Assembly (NCBI GenBank): GCA_040217195.1
Contig: JAVJNR010000005.1
Location: 512,001 to 576,000 of the forward strand
Length of the DNA: 64,000 nt
Source: Leptospiraceae bacterium
GTDB taxonomy: Bacteria > Spirochaetota > Leptospiria > Leptospirales > Leptonemataceae
Direction: 5' to 3'
A program made the position numbers and the translations under genes. How positions within the stretch are numbered: position 1 is the first letter of the stretch; the number at the start of each line of letters is the position of its first letter. Positions 48,683-57,671 of the stretch are shown one piece after another. The notes beneath the pieces are model-generated. The model made no database searches and was not told the DNA's origin. It worked only from the letters and a program-made list of their open reading frames with translations.

Positions 48683-49600
48683 TCAGTCCAGCACATCTTC
48701 GGCACCGATGAGCTTTCGATCCTTTTGCTGATGCAGATCCTCCGGAACATTGGCCAGGATGGTTTCCTGAAGAGCCTTCAATAGTCGGCTTTTATAGAAT
48801 GATTTTCCATGAATGATTCCAATCTCTCGAACCGGCTCTGGATCCTGAAATCGCACAACTCGATCGCTTTTAAGGTTGGCCGAAAGTAACGGTAGAAGCG
48901 TGGCCCCCATTCCCTGATCGACCATTTTCTTAATCGTATCCAGGCTGCCACATTCGATTTTGCCTGCATTACCCTGGCCGCATAATTTCAATGATTGGTG
49001 GCGAAAACAGTGCTCCTCGCCCAGAAGAATCATATCGGTTCCCTGAAGATCATCCAGTGCAATTCGCTTCTCAGGTACTTTCGCATCTGGCGGGAAATAC
49101 ACTACAAAAGGCTCATAGTAGAGCGGAAGCTCATCGATCATTCGCTCATTCAAAGGCGTGGCCAGAATCCCAAGGTCCAATTCTTCATTTTGAATCTTCT
49201 GTAAAATCTGGCTGGTGGGCAGTTCATGGATATAGAACTCGGCTTCAGGATATTTCACCTTTAACTTCTTGAATATTTTTGGCAGCAAGTAGGAAGAAAC
49301 CGTGGGAATAATGCCGAGTCTGATTTTCCCGCGAAGAGCTCCTGTATCATCTTCAAATTCCTCAAGCAATGAATCCGCTTCGTCCAGTATTCGACGAGCA
49401 TAGGCCTCCACCTTCTTTCCAGGCTCGGTCAGTCGGATGGGACTCTTCTTTCGATCAAATATTTCTATGCCCAGTTCTTGCTCCAGTTTTTGAATCTGAA
49501 TGCTTAGAGTGGGTTGCGCCACCAGACTGTGTTGTGCGGCCTTACCAAAGCTTCCGTGCCGTGCCAGAGCCAGCACGTATCTCAACTGCGTAAGGGTCAT
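48683..49600 (-). CDS. oxyR: Hydrogen peroxide-inducible LysR regulator OxyR
   Basis: LysR HTH with VAQPTLS; redox motif EEHCFRHQSLKLC (C-X8-C); close to ahpCF. Confidence 0.9.
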   Translation of the reverse strand: MTLTQLRYVLALARHGSFGKAAQHSLVAQPTLSIQIQKLEQELGIEIFDRKKSPIRLTEPGKKVEAYARRILDEADSLLEEFEDDTGALRGKIRLGIIPTVSSYLLPKIFKKLKVKYPEAEFYIHELPTSQILQKIQNEELDLGILATPLNERMIDELPLYYEPFVVYFPPDAKVPEKRIALDDLQGTDMILLGEEHCFRHQSLKLCGQGNAGKIECGSLDTIKKMVDQGMGATLLPLLSANLKSDRVVRFQDPEPVREIGIIHGKSFYKSRLLKALQETILANVPEDLHQQKDRKLIGAEDVLD

Positions 49601-49760
49601 GGTTCAGAAAAACCGGACCGGCCCCGTGCAGACCAGCCATTTCTAAACCGGAATCTTTACCAGAAATCTCATTTTCTTCCCCGCTTTAAAATCCAGGTCC
49701 AATCATATGAACTATGTCATTCCTTCGATCGGGTACTCCGGTCTAAGCGATTGACAGTAA

Positions 49761-50681
49761 ATGCATGCGAGCTTCAATGCTATCATGAGCATTCGTTTCA
49801 GAAATTGGGCACCATTGACTGTACTAATTGCAGCCCTACTTCTTCCCAGCCCGGATTCGGCCAGGGCCGAGGACCTGCCAGGTCATGTTAGTTACAGTTC
49901 TCTTTGCTGCCTGATCGAAACGTTGAAGTCTGATGGTATCAAGTTCACATTTGAAACCGGGGAGATCCAGCAACTGGATGATAAGGCCATCTCCCATTGG
50001 GAAGGCCGTACCTTCTTATTTATGAAGCCTGAAAACGCCAGACAGTTGTTTTCCATGAAAATTCAATCCGCGCGCCAACGGTTGCAGAGGCAGCATCTAG
50101 AACATACAACGGTTGAGTTTCAAAGATTGAGATTGGGGAAAAGAAGCTTTCTACTAAGTGTTTATAGCACAAGTCCCGTAAGCCGTGCCACAGCGGTATG
50201 GACTTCCAATGCAGAGTTTAGATTCAGCGTACAGGGTGATCTGCTGGCTGTCGATCCTCCGAACTGGAAACGCAAGACTTTCCGACTCTATTTCTGGAAT
50301 CCTACAGGTTCTGACCTGGCAATCGTTGATTATACTCCTGAGAAGGGAATTTTCGATCCCATCCTTGCAGTATTTCATTCTGATGGGACCTTTAGCGATG
50401 GTAGCAAGAACGATCCATTTATTCCGGTAATGCGCAAGCAGTACAATCTGGAAGAGTCCATAGAACTATTTGATCATTTTAGCAGTTTTCGCCAGGCGAA
50501 GGGAACTTTGAAAGCCAGAACAAATTTCTGGCTTCTGGCCAATCAGAAGGAATGGAATTTAATCGCCTACAGGATGCAGCCTGATCCATCCAGGAATGAA
50601 AAAGAGGCTGTCTTTCAGCCAGAGACATTTTTTGCAGAAGTGCTATTTACAACGGCCTGGATTCGCAAAGATCTGGATTAG
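49761..50681 (+). CDS. Hypothetical exported protein
   Basis: 306-aa ORF with a signal-peptide-like segment ending ARA; no family recognised. Confidence 0.6.
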   Translation: MHASFNAIMSIRFRNWAPLTVLIAALLLPSPDSARAEDLPGHVSYSSLCCLIETLKSDGIKFTFETGEIQQLDDKAISHWEGRTFLFMKPENARQLFSMKIQSARQRLQRQHLEHTTVEFQRLRLGKRSFLLSVYSTSPVSRATAVWTSNAEFRFSVQGDLLAVDPPNWKRKTFRLYFWNPTGSDLAIVDYTPEKGIFDPILAVFHSDGTFSDGSKNDPFIPVMRKQYNLEESIELFDHFSSFRQAKGTLKARTNFWLLANQKEWNLIAYRMQPDPSRNEKEAVFQPETFFAEVLFTTAWIRKDLD

Positions 50682-50690
50682 ACTGAGGGA

Positions 50691-51671
50691 TTAATCGAGC
50701 CAGCGATACCCCGGCACTCTTAAAAAATTCTTTTCAACCATTGCCTGGGCCACCTCAATTTGCTGCTCATGGCCGTATCTATACGTAGTCAGCTTGCCCC
50801 GAAATCGACCACCCAGCTCCGACTCTACGATCTTCAGAAATGCCATCACATCGATCAGTTCATGCAGAATGAATTCATAATTATGTCCATTCCATTCAAA
50901 TGATTCCCGGGGATTTCTCAGACCATTTACATCGGCAAATAATACATTGGATTCGCTTACAGGAAATGGCAATGCGCCGGCACGAGCACCGCGAATAATG
51001 TCATCCGTCTCCTGCACAGAACGGAAAGAGGGTGTACGAGCTCTTGCAAGGAAAAAGAAAAACTGAGGATTGATTTCTACCTGGATGCGCTGCCGGCCCA
51101 GAACACCGGGGTAGTCAATTTCATGATCAATAAATAGTGCTCGATCATCCGGTTCAATCAAACAATAACCGGTTTCGAATCTGAAGGCCACCGGCGCAGC
51201 TACCGTGAAATGGCTGGCTCTACGACGGGTCTTTCGCACGTGATGCAAAAGAGCATCAAGAAAAGGACCGTTACAGTCATCGAATGTGGGGAAACTGGAC
51301 AGAGTAATGCCTATGTCCACGTCCAGGTTCAATGCATGCATAAGAGCGATTGGATGTTCAATAATCTTGATGGGGCCAAGCTGAATATTGTTCGTACCAT
51401 GGATCAAATTTCTTGGTCGAAGAGCTCGTCCCCGGCTTTTTCCATCCTCCAGGTAGAACATGGGCCTGCTGCCCTTCTGGGGATAAAAGGTAATTCGCAC
51501 TGGAGCATTTTCGAAAGTAGCCGTTCCTTCCACGGAAAGTGGCTTCCGCACGGTCCAGACGATTCCGGGATCCCAGTCCACATCGGCTGCAAAATGCTCG
51601 GGCACCTGAATGGGCTCGCTGCGCCCGCGAATCATGGGATGCCACTGGGTCTTTTTGTGCAAAACTTCCAT
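50691..51671 (-). CDS. Divergent LpxC-like zinc deacetylase
   Basis: IEHPIA, PTFD, ARARTPSF, HELID (canonical HKxLD) and YGH occur in LpxC order. Confidence 0.65.
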   Translation of the reverse strand: MEVLHKKTQWHPMIRGRSEPIQVPEHFAADVDWDPGIVWTVRKPLSVEGTATFENAPVRITFYPQKGSRPMFYLEDGKSRGRALRPRNLIHGTNNIQLGPIKIIEHPIALMHALNLDVDIGITLSSFPTFDDCNGPFLDALLHHVRKTRRRASHFTVAAPVAFRFETGYCLIEPDDRALFIDHEIDYPGVLGRQRIQVEINPQFFFFLARARTPSFRSVQETDDIIRGARAGALPFPVSESNVLFADVNGLRNPRESFEWNGHNYEFILHELIDVMAFLKIVESELGGRFRGKLTTYRYGHEQQIEVAQAMVEKNFLRVPGYRWLD

Positions 51672-51822
51672 AGAAACAGGGCATTGTACCAAGCTGTCAT
51701 GTTCTGTCAGTGCTTTTCTAATTCCTTCTTAAAGTGTATTATTATGCCTGCAGCCAGAGAAAAAGGTGCGAACTAATTTCAATTCTGCTTGGCCCTGGCG
51801 AGCATTTGTAGATTCTGCGGCC

Positions 51823-52389
51823 ATGATTCGAAACGCTTTATTAATGGCTGCGGCCATAATGCTATCGCTCACTGTGTCCTGCGAAACAGAAGACAGCGCA
51901 ATAACTCTGTACGGTGGCGCTCCTTCCGGTTTAGTCATTCGCAGCGAACCGACTACTACAGGCGAAAAGCTGGGTTTACTAGAATTTGGAGAGCCGGCAG
52001 AAGTGGTGGAGCAAAAAGAAGAGTCTCTGACTATTCAGGGAAAAACAGGTAAATGGACCAAAATTCGACAGGGATCTGTAGAGGGCTGGGTCTTCGGTGG
52101 ATTCCTGCTGGCCAATCCCCCGGAACAGAAGAAGGGGCAAAAAGACCTTCCCACCGTCACTTCCCTGCAATCCGGAGACGTTGGATGCTACGTAGAATTG
52201 ACCTATCCGGATGGGAAAACGGAAACCTGGCTGGGCTATTTTGATGTATGCGAAGAGTCTATTCTTAATAAGAAGATAAAATTTACCATAAAGAAAGGTC
52301 AGGTCATGGCAGATTCCTGTATGGGCGACCCGGAATGCCCGGATACAGAGGAAGCGGATTTAATCAGCACTGTAACTGTCGTTGAATGA
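51823..52389 (+). CDS. SH3-domain lipoprotein
   Basis: Lipobox LTVSC; bacterial SH3 GLVIRSEP...GKWTKI...EGWVFGGFL; Cys-rich C-domain. Confidence 0.85.
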   Translation: MIRNALLMAAAIMLSLTVSCETEDSAITLYGGAPSGLVIRSEPTTTGEKLGLLEFGEPAEVVEQKEESLTIQGKTGKWTKIRQGSVEGWVFGGFLLANPPEQKKGQKDLPTVTSLQSGDVGCYVELTYPDGKTETWLGYFDVCEESILNKKIKFTIKKGQVMADSCMGDPECPDTEEADLISTVTVVE

Positions 52390-52560
52390 CCTTTCAAAAA
52401 TATAATTCAAGAAGATTACAGTCTGGCTTGCCGGGCACTACTCGACAGTGCTCCGGCGCAGGCCTTACTTCTGTTCTGTCGAAACCTTTTTCGGTATACT
52501 ATTTCAGGTTTTCAGAGATTTGAATTCCGCTGGTACAGGAAGTACGAGCTCAGGAAACAA

Positions 52561-53295
52561 TCATAGAGATTCCATCATTTTTAGAACAGTCCGCAAAACC
52601 TTGATTCTTGCAAATCTCTTATCATTTGCCTCGATCAAATTCCAGGGAGCAAAGTCTGTATCCGTTCTATCAAGCATCTCCTGAACAGCCTGCTCATATT
52701 CCGGCCACTTCTGCCTGTTTCGCACATCCTCTTCAGTGAACTTCCATTGCTTGAGCGGACTACTGGCACGGGCCTGAAACCGATTGGCCTGCTCATCCTG
52801 GTCAATGTGCAGCCAGAACTTGGCCAGGTGAGTTCCTGCGCGATGAAGGCTCAGTTCCATGGAATTAATCTCATCGTAGGCACGAGACCATTCTCTTGCA
52901 GATGCAAACCCTTCCACTCGCTCCACCAGAACTCGTCCATACCAGCTGCGATCAAAAATTGCAAGTCTGCCAGGCGGGGGCATCTGTCTCCAGAACCGCC
53001 ATAGATAATGGCGCTTTTTTTCAAAAGGTTCCGGCGCCGCGATGGGTATTACCCGGTAAAGGACCGGAGGCATGGATGATGTTAGCCGTCGAATAGCTCC
53101 TCCTTTTCCACCCGCATCCTTGCCTTCAAAAACCAGAACAACGGATGCTTTCTTTCTATACATTTTCAAAGCAGCTTTAATAAGATCGGTTTGAAGCTTT
53201 TTCAATTCGCGCTTGTATCGGTCCTGAGCTATGCTTTGAGTTAGATCTACGGTTCGTAGATCCTGCTTTTTGCGAAATTGTATAGATTCTGACAT
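52561..53295 (-). CDS. ppk2: Polyphosphate kinase 2 family protein
   Basis: FEGKDAGGKGG Walker A, HYLWRF, FDRSWYGRVLVERVEG and KFWLHI motifs. Confidence 0.92.
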   Translation of the reverse strand: MSESIQFRKKQDLRTVDLTQSIAQDRYKRELKKLQTDLIKAALKMYRKKASVVLVFEGKDAGGKGGAIRRLTSSMPPVLYRVIPIAAPEPFEKKRHYLWRFWRQMPPPGRLAIFDRSWYGRVLVERVEGFASAREWSRAYDEINSMELSLHRAGTHLAKFWLHIDQDEQANRFQARASSPLKQWKFTEEDVRNRQKWPEYEQAVQEMLDRTDTDFAPWNLIEANDKRFARIKVLRTVLKMMESL

Positions 53296-53322
53296 GAATG
53301 ATCCCTGTGAGCCCTGGAAGTT

Positions 53323-54081
53323 CTAGCCCTTCCCATCCTTATTTTTCTGCTCTTTTTCCAGTTTTCGCATAAGGGCCATGGCCTCATCATAAGAGGCAAC
53401 AGCCTGACGCGAATCTACGTTTAATGCCTCTTCCATGCGAGCTATGAGATAATCCATCACCAGCCCTCGCACTTCCTTTCCTTTCCCTTCGGGAGGTGTA
53501 AACCAGGGAGCCCGGGCCGAACCGGTTTCCAGTAGAAGTTTATCCATTTCCCTGGTATAATCCTTGTATTCATTGAGCAAGTATGTGGATCTTTTTCGCA
53601 GCAATGACGTCCTGGCTTTTAACTTCTTCTCCGACTTTAGTTCGGACTCCAATTCCCTGGGATTTCTCTGGAAGCGAATCTTCAGCACAAGATACTGGTT
53701 AGCCTCCAGGCTGGACTCGAAGCGATTGATGTCATCGATCCAGCCCTGCCGTTCTTTTCCGGAGATTTTTCCTTTAATGGTTCGCCGAACCAGTTCATGG
53801 TAATAGGAACCATCGAACATGGCCAGATCCCCGTACCTTGGCAGATGCATCCAATAATGGTGCAGAAATGGATCTTTTCTTTCCGGTGCTGTTTCATACC
53901 CCGGAAAATGATGAACTTCGAAGTGTCTGGGATCCAGGCAGGAGCTCAACTCATCCACAGTATAAACGATTCCAGCCAGGCCGGTACCTTCCAGAATCAG
54001 AAATACTCCGATTTGCTGGTTTTGAGCCGCCCGAAATAGCAGGGAGATTCTATCTGTCTTTTCCAGTTCGGGACTTTTCAC
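53323..54081 (-). CDS. Degenerate PPK2-like domain protein
   Basis: LDPR, PFLHHYWMHLPRYG, FDGSYY, INRFE and APW are retained, but Walker A is eroded (EGTGLAGI). Confidence 0.75.
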   Translation of the reverse strand: MKSPELEKTDRISLLFRAAQNQQIGVFLILEGTGLAGIVYTVDELSSCLDPRHFEVHHFPGYETAPERKDPFLHHYWMHLPRYGDLAMFDGSYYHELVRRTIKGKISGKERQGWIDDINRFESSLEANQYLVLKIRFQRNPRELESELKSEKKLKARTSLLRKRSTYLLNEYKDYTREMDKLLLETGSARAPWFTPPEGKGKEVRGLVMDYLIARMEEALNVDSRQAVASYDEAMALMRKLEKEQKNKDGKG

Positions 54082-54201
54082 AGGCGCCTGTAATACCCCT
54101 GCTCTGTTTTAGCCGCAAGCAATAAAGCGATGGAAAAATGCTTGTAGACCTGACAGCCGGGCAAAAGCTTTCCTATCGGAATAATAGGATTTTCTTTAAG
54201 A

Positions 54202-54495
54202 ATGGGAACCGGGGATAAAAACAGACAGAGAGAGAAGCAGGTGGGCACCGTAAATGGATCCCCAGTGGTGGAAAAGCATTACCGGAGCCTTTTGAAATCC
54301 ATTTCCTGGAGAGTCACCGGAACCCTGGATACAATGGTCGTTTCCTACATCATTACAGGCAGTTTTGCGCTGGCGGCTTCCATCGGATTTTTTGAGGTTT
54401 TCACGAAGATGGCCCTCTACTATGCTCATGAACGGATCTGGTCCAGACTCAAGGTAGGGCTGGAAGTGAAGCAGCCACCAGACTACAGTATCTAA
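54202..54495 (+). CDS. DUF2061-family membrane protein
   Basis: RSLLKSISWRVTGTLDT...LYYAHERIW motif. Confidence 0.85.
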   Translation: MGTGDKNRQREKQVGTVNGSPVVEKHYRSLLKSISWRVTGTLDTMVVSYIITGSFALAASIGFFEVFTKMALYYAHERIWSRLKVGLEVKQPPDYSI

Positions 54496-54573
54496 CTTTT
54501 GGGTCGACGGCATTCGATACGGTTTCCGAAAGCTTTGCATTGACCGCTACTCTGGCGGGAAATCTATACCTAC

Positions 54574-55353
54574 ATGGAAAGCGAGGAACGTAAGTCTCCA
54601 GGGACGGCTCTTGTTACTGGAGGGGCTATTCGTCTGGGTCGGGCTTTATGCATTGGTTTGGCCAGGAATGGTTATAACATTGTTTTACATTACAACAATA
54701 GCGAAGGCCCTGCCCGTAGCACAGCTGAGGAAATAGAAAGTCTTGGGGTTCAATGCAGAATCGTGCAGATGGATCTTAACAACAACCTTGATTCCGAAAA
54801 TCTGATCCAACAGGCGCAAAAGCCCTTCGGCAAACTCCAGGTACTTGTAAACAGTGCATCCGTTTACGACGGAGGAACGATCGCAGATACCACAGAGGCG
54901 ATGTTTGATCGCAACATACAGGTGAACTTGAAAGCTCCATTTTTTCTAAGTCGTGCTTTCCAGAATCAATGCGGATCCGGCAACATAGTGAACATTCTGG
55001 ATAATAAGATCTACTTTAATCAGTTCCACTATGCAGCATATTTGCTCTCCAAGAAAATGCTGGCTGAATTTACCTATCTGGCGGCCCTGGAGTTTGCTCC
55101 CAATATTCGAGTGAATGCAGTAGCACCAGGGGTAGTATTGCCAGCTTCCATTCGCAGCCCCGAGTACGTTGCCTGGAGACTTGAGGCGATTCCATTAAAA
55201 AAGCAAGGCAATACCGAACATATAGTAAAAGCATTGCATTACATCCTGGATAATGATTTTGTTTCCGGACAGGTATTGACTGTAGATGGAGCCGAAGGTA
55301 GAACTTCCATCGGTCGAAACGCTGAATCTTATCCCGGAGACAATAGCCAATGA
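54574..55353 (+). CDS. SDR oxidoreductase, pteridine reductase/FolM-like
   Basis: TGGAIRLG (Arg-type pterin reductase motif), LVNSAS, NILD and YLLSK motifs; coupled to folK. Confidence 0.85.
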   Translation: MESEERKSPGTALVTGGAIRLGRALCIGLARNGYNIVLHYNNSEGPARSTAEEIESLGVQCRIVQMDLNNNLDSENLIQQAQKPFGKLQVLVNSASVYDGGTIADTTEAMFDRNIQVNLKAPFFLSRAFQNQCGSGNIVNILDNKIYFNQFHYAAYLLSKKMLAEFTYLAALEFAPNIRVNAVAPGVVLPASIRSPEYVAWRLEAIPLKKQGNTEHIVKALHYILDNDFVSGQVLTVDGAEGRTSIGRNAESYPGDNSQ

Positions 55354-55742
55354 TTACAGCTATCATAGCCGTAGGTTCCAACATTGATCCGGAAAACAAC
55401 GTAGAAAAAACTATCGAATTGATGAAGAGGGACTTTCCTTTCGTTTACGCCTCTGATTTCATTAGTACAGAACCCGACGGTTATAAAGACCAGGCAGATT
55501 TTTTGAATGGCGCAATCTGTATTCGAACCTCTCTGACCAGGGAGCAACTGGAGCACTATTTAAAAAGTACAGAAATCAAACTTGGTAGAGTTAAGGGACC
55601 TATCAAGTCCGGCCCTCGCACAATCGACCTGGATCTGGCGATCTGGGACGGCAAGGTAGTTCATGATGATTATCGTGCAAAAAGCTACACTCAGATACCG
55701 GTGGATCAGCTCCTGAAAGAGCTAAACATGACAGTTGAGTAA
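55350..55742 (+). CDS. folK: 2-amino-4-hydroxy-6-hydroxymethyldihydropteridine diphosphokinase
   Basis: IAVGSNI, DFLNG, E.KLGR and GPRTIDLDL motifs; short C-terminus. Confidence 0.9.
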   Translation: MITAIIAVGSNIDPENNVEKTIELMKRDFPFVYASDFISTEPDGYKDQADFLNGAICIRTSLTREQLEHYLKSTEIKLGRVKGPIKSGPRTIDLDLAIWDGKVVHDDYRAKSYTQIPVDQLLKELNMTVE

Positions 55743-55867
55743 TTTTCCTTCTGGCCCATGCGAAAAGAACGATCCCTGGACACCTATGAAGATCCCGACC
55801 AGAGAATTCTTAAGCCGGACCCATAAGATGGGCCGGCCCATTAAGCAGCAACTGCAAGCAAATTGCA

Positions 55868-56038
55868 TTATTTTCGCAGACTTTTGAGGTAATCGCAAAA
55901 CTCCTTATCGTCCGGGTTTTCAGAAAAATGCTGAATCAGGGTATCCAGATTCTTCTGTACATAGTCCTGTTCATCGGCGCTTAATGCGGCCCTGTCCAGT
56001 AATTTGATCACGATTTCCTGCCAGCTAAATTCCGCCAT
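55868..56038 (-). CDS. Small 56-aa hypothetical protein absent from the ORF track
   Basis: AGGGGG RBS followed by MAEFSWQEIVIKLLDRAALSADEQDYVQKNLDTLIQHFSENPDDKEFCDYLKSLRK*. Confidence 0.6.
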   Translation of the reverse strand: MAEFSWQEIVIKLLDRAALSADEQDYVQKNLDTLIQHFSENPDDKEFCDYLKSLRK

Positions 56039-56203
56039 CACTGATCCCCCTGAATAAAATGAATTGAGCGTTCATCGCTGAAAAGAATCTTTTTTGCACT
56101 TATAACACTTGCCACAGCTCCCTGGACATTCTTGCCTCTATCGTAGATTATCGATTGACGATGTGTTTTATTATGCCCACCTTTAAGATTCTCGGATTCA
56201 ACT

Positions 56204-57616
56204 ATGTTTAGTTCTGAAAAAGAACAAATCCTGATTCAGCATATGGAAGAACTGGCTCGTATGGGAGCCTATGAGGTGGACCTGGCCAGAATGCGATGGA
56301 AGGCTTCCCATAACTTTCTGCGTTTATTTCATTTGCCGACCCAGTCTGAATTTACCTACCAGGATTTGCTGAATCTGATTCATCCAGACGATCTGGATCG
56401 AGTCAGGACGCATTTTGATCAATGCCTGGCCGGAGAAAACGAATATAATATTAGCTACCGTTGTATCATAGATGGACAGGAACGGTTTATTCAAACCAGA
56501 TCACGCATCGAACGGGAAGCCGATGGAACGCCAGTTAGACTTGTAGGGATCAAACGCGATATAACCGAGGAAAGCCAGCTACAGGCTTTATTCCAGGCTG
56601 CACCCAGCGGGATGTTGATGGTGGATCAAAAGAGACGGATCCTTATGGTAAATGCGGAGATCGAGCGAATTTTCGGATACGTTGCCAATGAGCTACAGGG
56701 AAAGGAAATCGAAGTTCTGCTACCCGAGCGTTATAGAATGGGTCATCCACAACTGGTGGAAATGTACATGAACTCTCCAGTGCCCCGAGCCATGGGCGAA
56801 GGCAGGGATCTCACGGCACAGAGAAAGGATGGAACGGAAGTTCCAGTAGAGATAGGACTTCATCCAATCTTCCTCAACAATCAGCTTTCTGTCATTTGCT
56901 CTGTAGTGGATATAACCGAAAGGCAGAAGATTGCAGAAAGGGAAGCCCGGCAAAAGCAGGAATTAAAAGATTTCGCCTACAGAATTGCCCACGATATTCG
57001 CAATCCACTGACAAACCTCAAGGCATTGCTGGAACTTAGCTCGGATGAAGACGGGGCTGCCATTTCGAACGAAGAGGCCCGTCAGATGATGTCCGGAATT
57101 ACCACTGACCTTCTGCAATTCGCCGAGGAAATTATCGGGGCTTCCCTTGCTGCTCCAGGGGAATCAGTACTTAAACCATTGAGATTCGATTCCATGAAGG
57201 ATCGAATCAATCAGCGTTTTAGCTTTCCTTTGCTGGAATGCGAAGGAAGTCTTAACTGGATCGAAGGACACTCTACATTGCCGCAGGTGCCTGTTGGATC
57301 TATGGAAGAAATAGTCGGAAACCTGGTTTCAAATTCTTTGCGGTATCGTCATCCAGAACGAGCACCGGCTATTCAGATTCGCACCGGCAATGAGGGGAGT
57401 ACATTCTGGCTGGCAGTGGAGGACAATGGCCGCGGGATTTCAGCAAAAAACAGGGATCGCATATTCGAGATGTTCGGTAAACTTCAGGATGAAGAAGGCA
57501 CGGGTCTGGGATTATATCTCGTCAAGGAAAACCTGAACCGATTGGGAGGCTCCATCGATTTCGAAAGTAGCGACCAGGGTTCACGTTTCCGGATTTCGTT
57601 ACCTCTGTTCCAATAA
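56204..57616 (+). CDS. Cytoplasmic PAS-PAS sensor histidine kinase
   Basis: Two PAS domains (IHPDD; RKDGTEVPVEI), H-box AHDIRNPL, N-box NLVSNS, DNGRGI and GTGLGL. Confidence 0.93.
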   Translation: MFSSEKEQILIQHMEELARMGAYEVDLARMRWKASHNFLRLFHLPTQSEFTYQDLLNLIHPDDLDRVRTHFDQCLAGENEYNISYRCIIDGQERFIQTRSRIEREADGTPVRLVGIKRDITEESQLQALFQAAPSGMLMVDQKRRILMVNAEIERIFGYVANELQGKEIEVLLPERYRMGHPQLVEMYMNSPVPRAMGEGRDLTAQRKDGTEVPVEIGLHPIFLNNQLSVICSVVDITERQKIAEREARQKQELKDFAYRIAHDIRNPLTNLKALLELSSDEDGAAISNEEARQMMSGITTDLLQFAEEIIGASLAAPGESVLKPLRFDSMKDRINQRFSFPLLECEGSLNWIEGHSTLPQVPVGSMEEIVGNLVSNSLRYRHPERAPAIQIRTGNEGSTFWLAVEDNGRGISAKNRDRIFEMFGKLQDEEGTGLGLYLVKENLNRLGGSIDFESSDQGSRFRISLPLFQ

Positions 57617-57671
57617 TCCCTTGCTTTGAACCTCCGAAGTACTGGCCGCTTATACTGATTATCTTGCCTGT

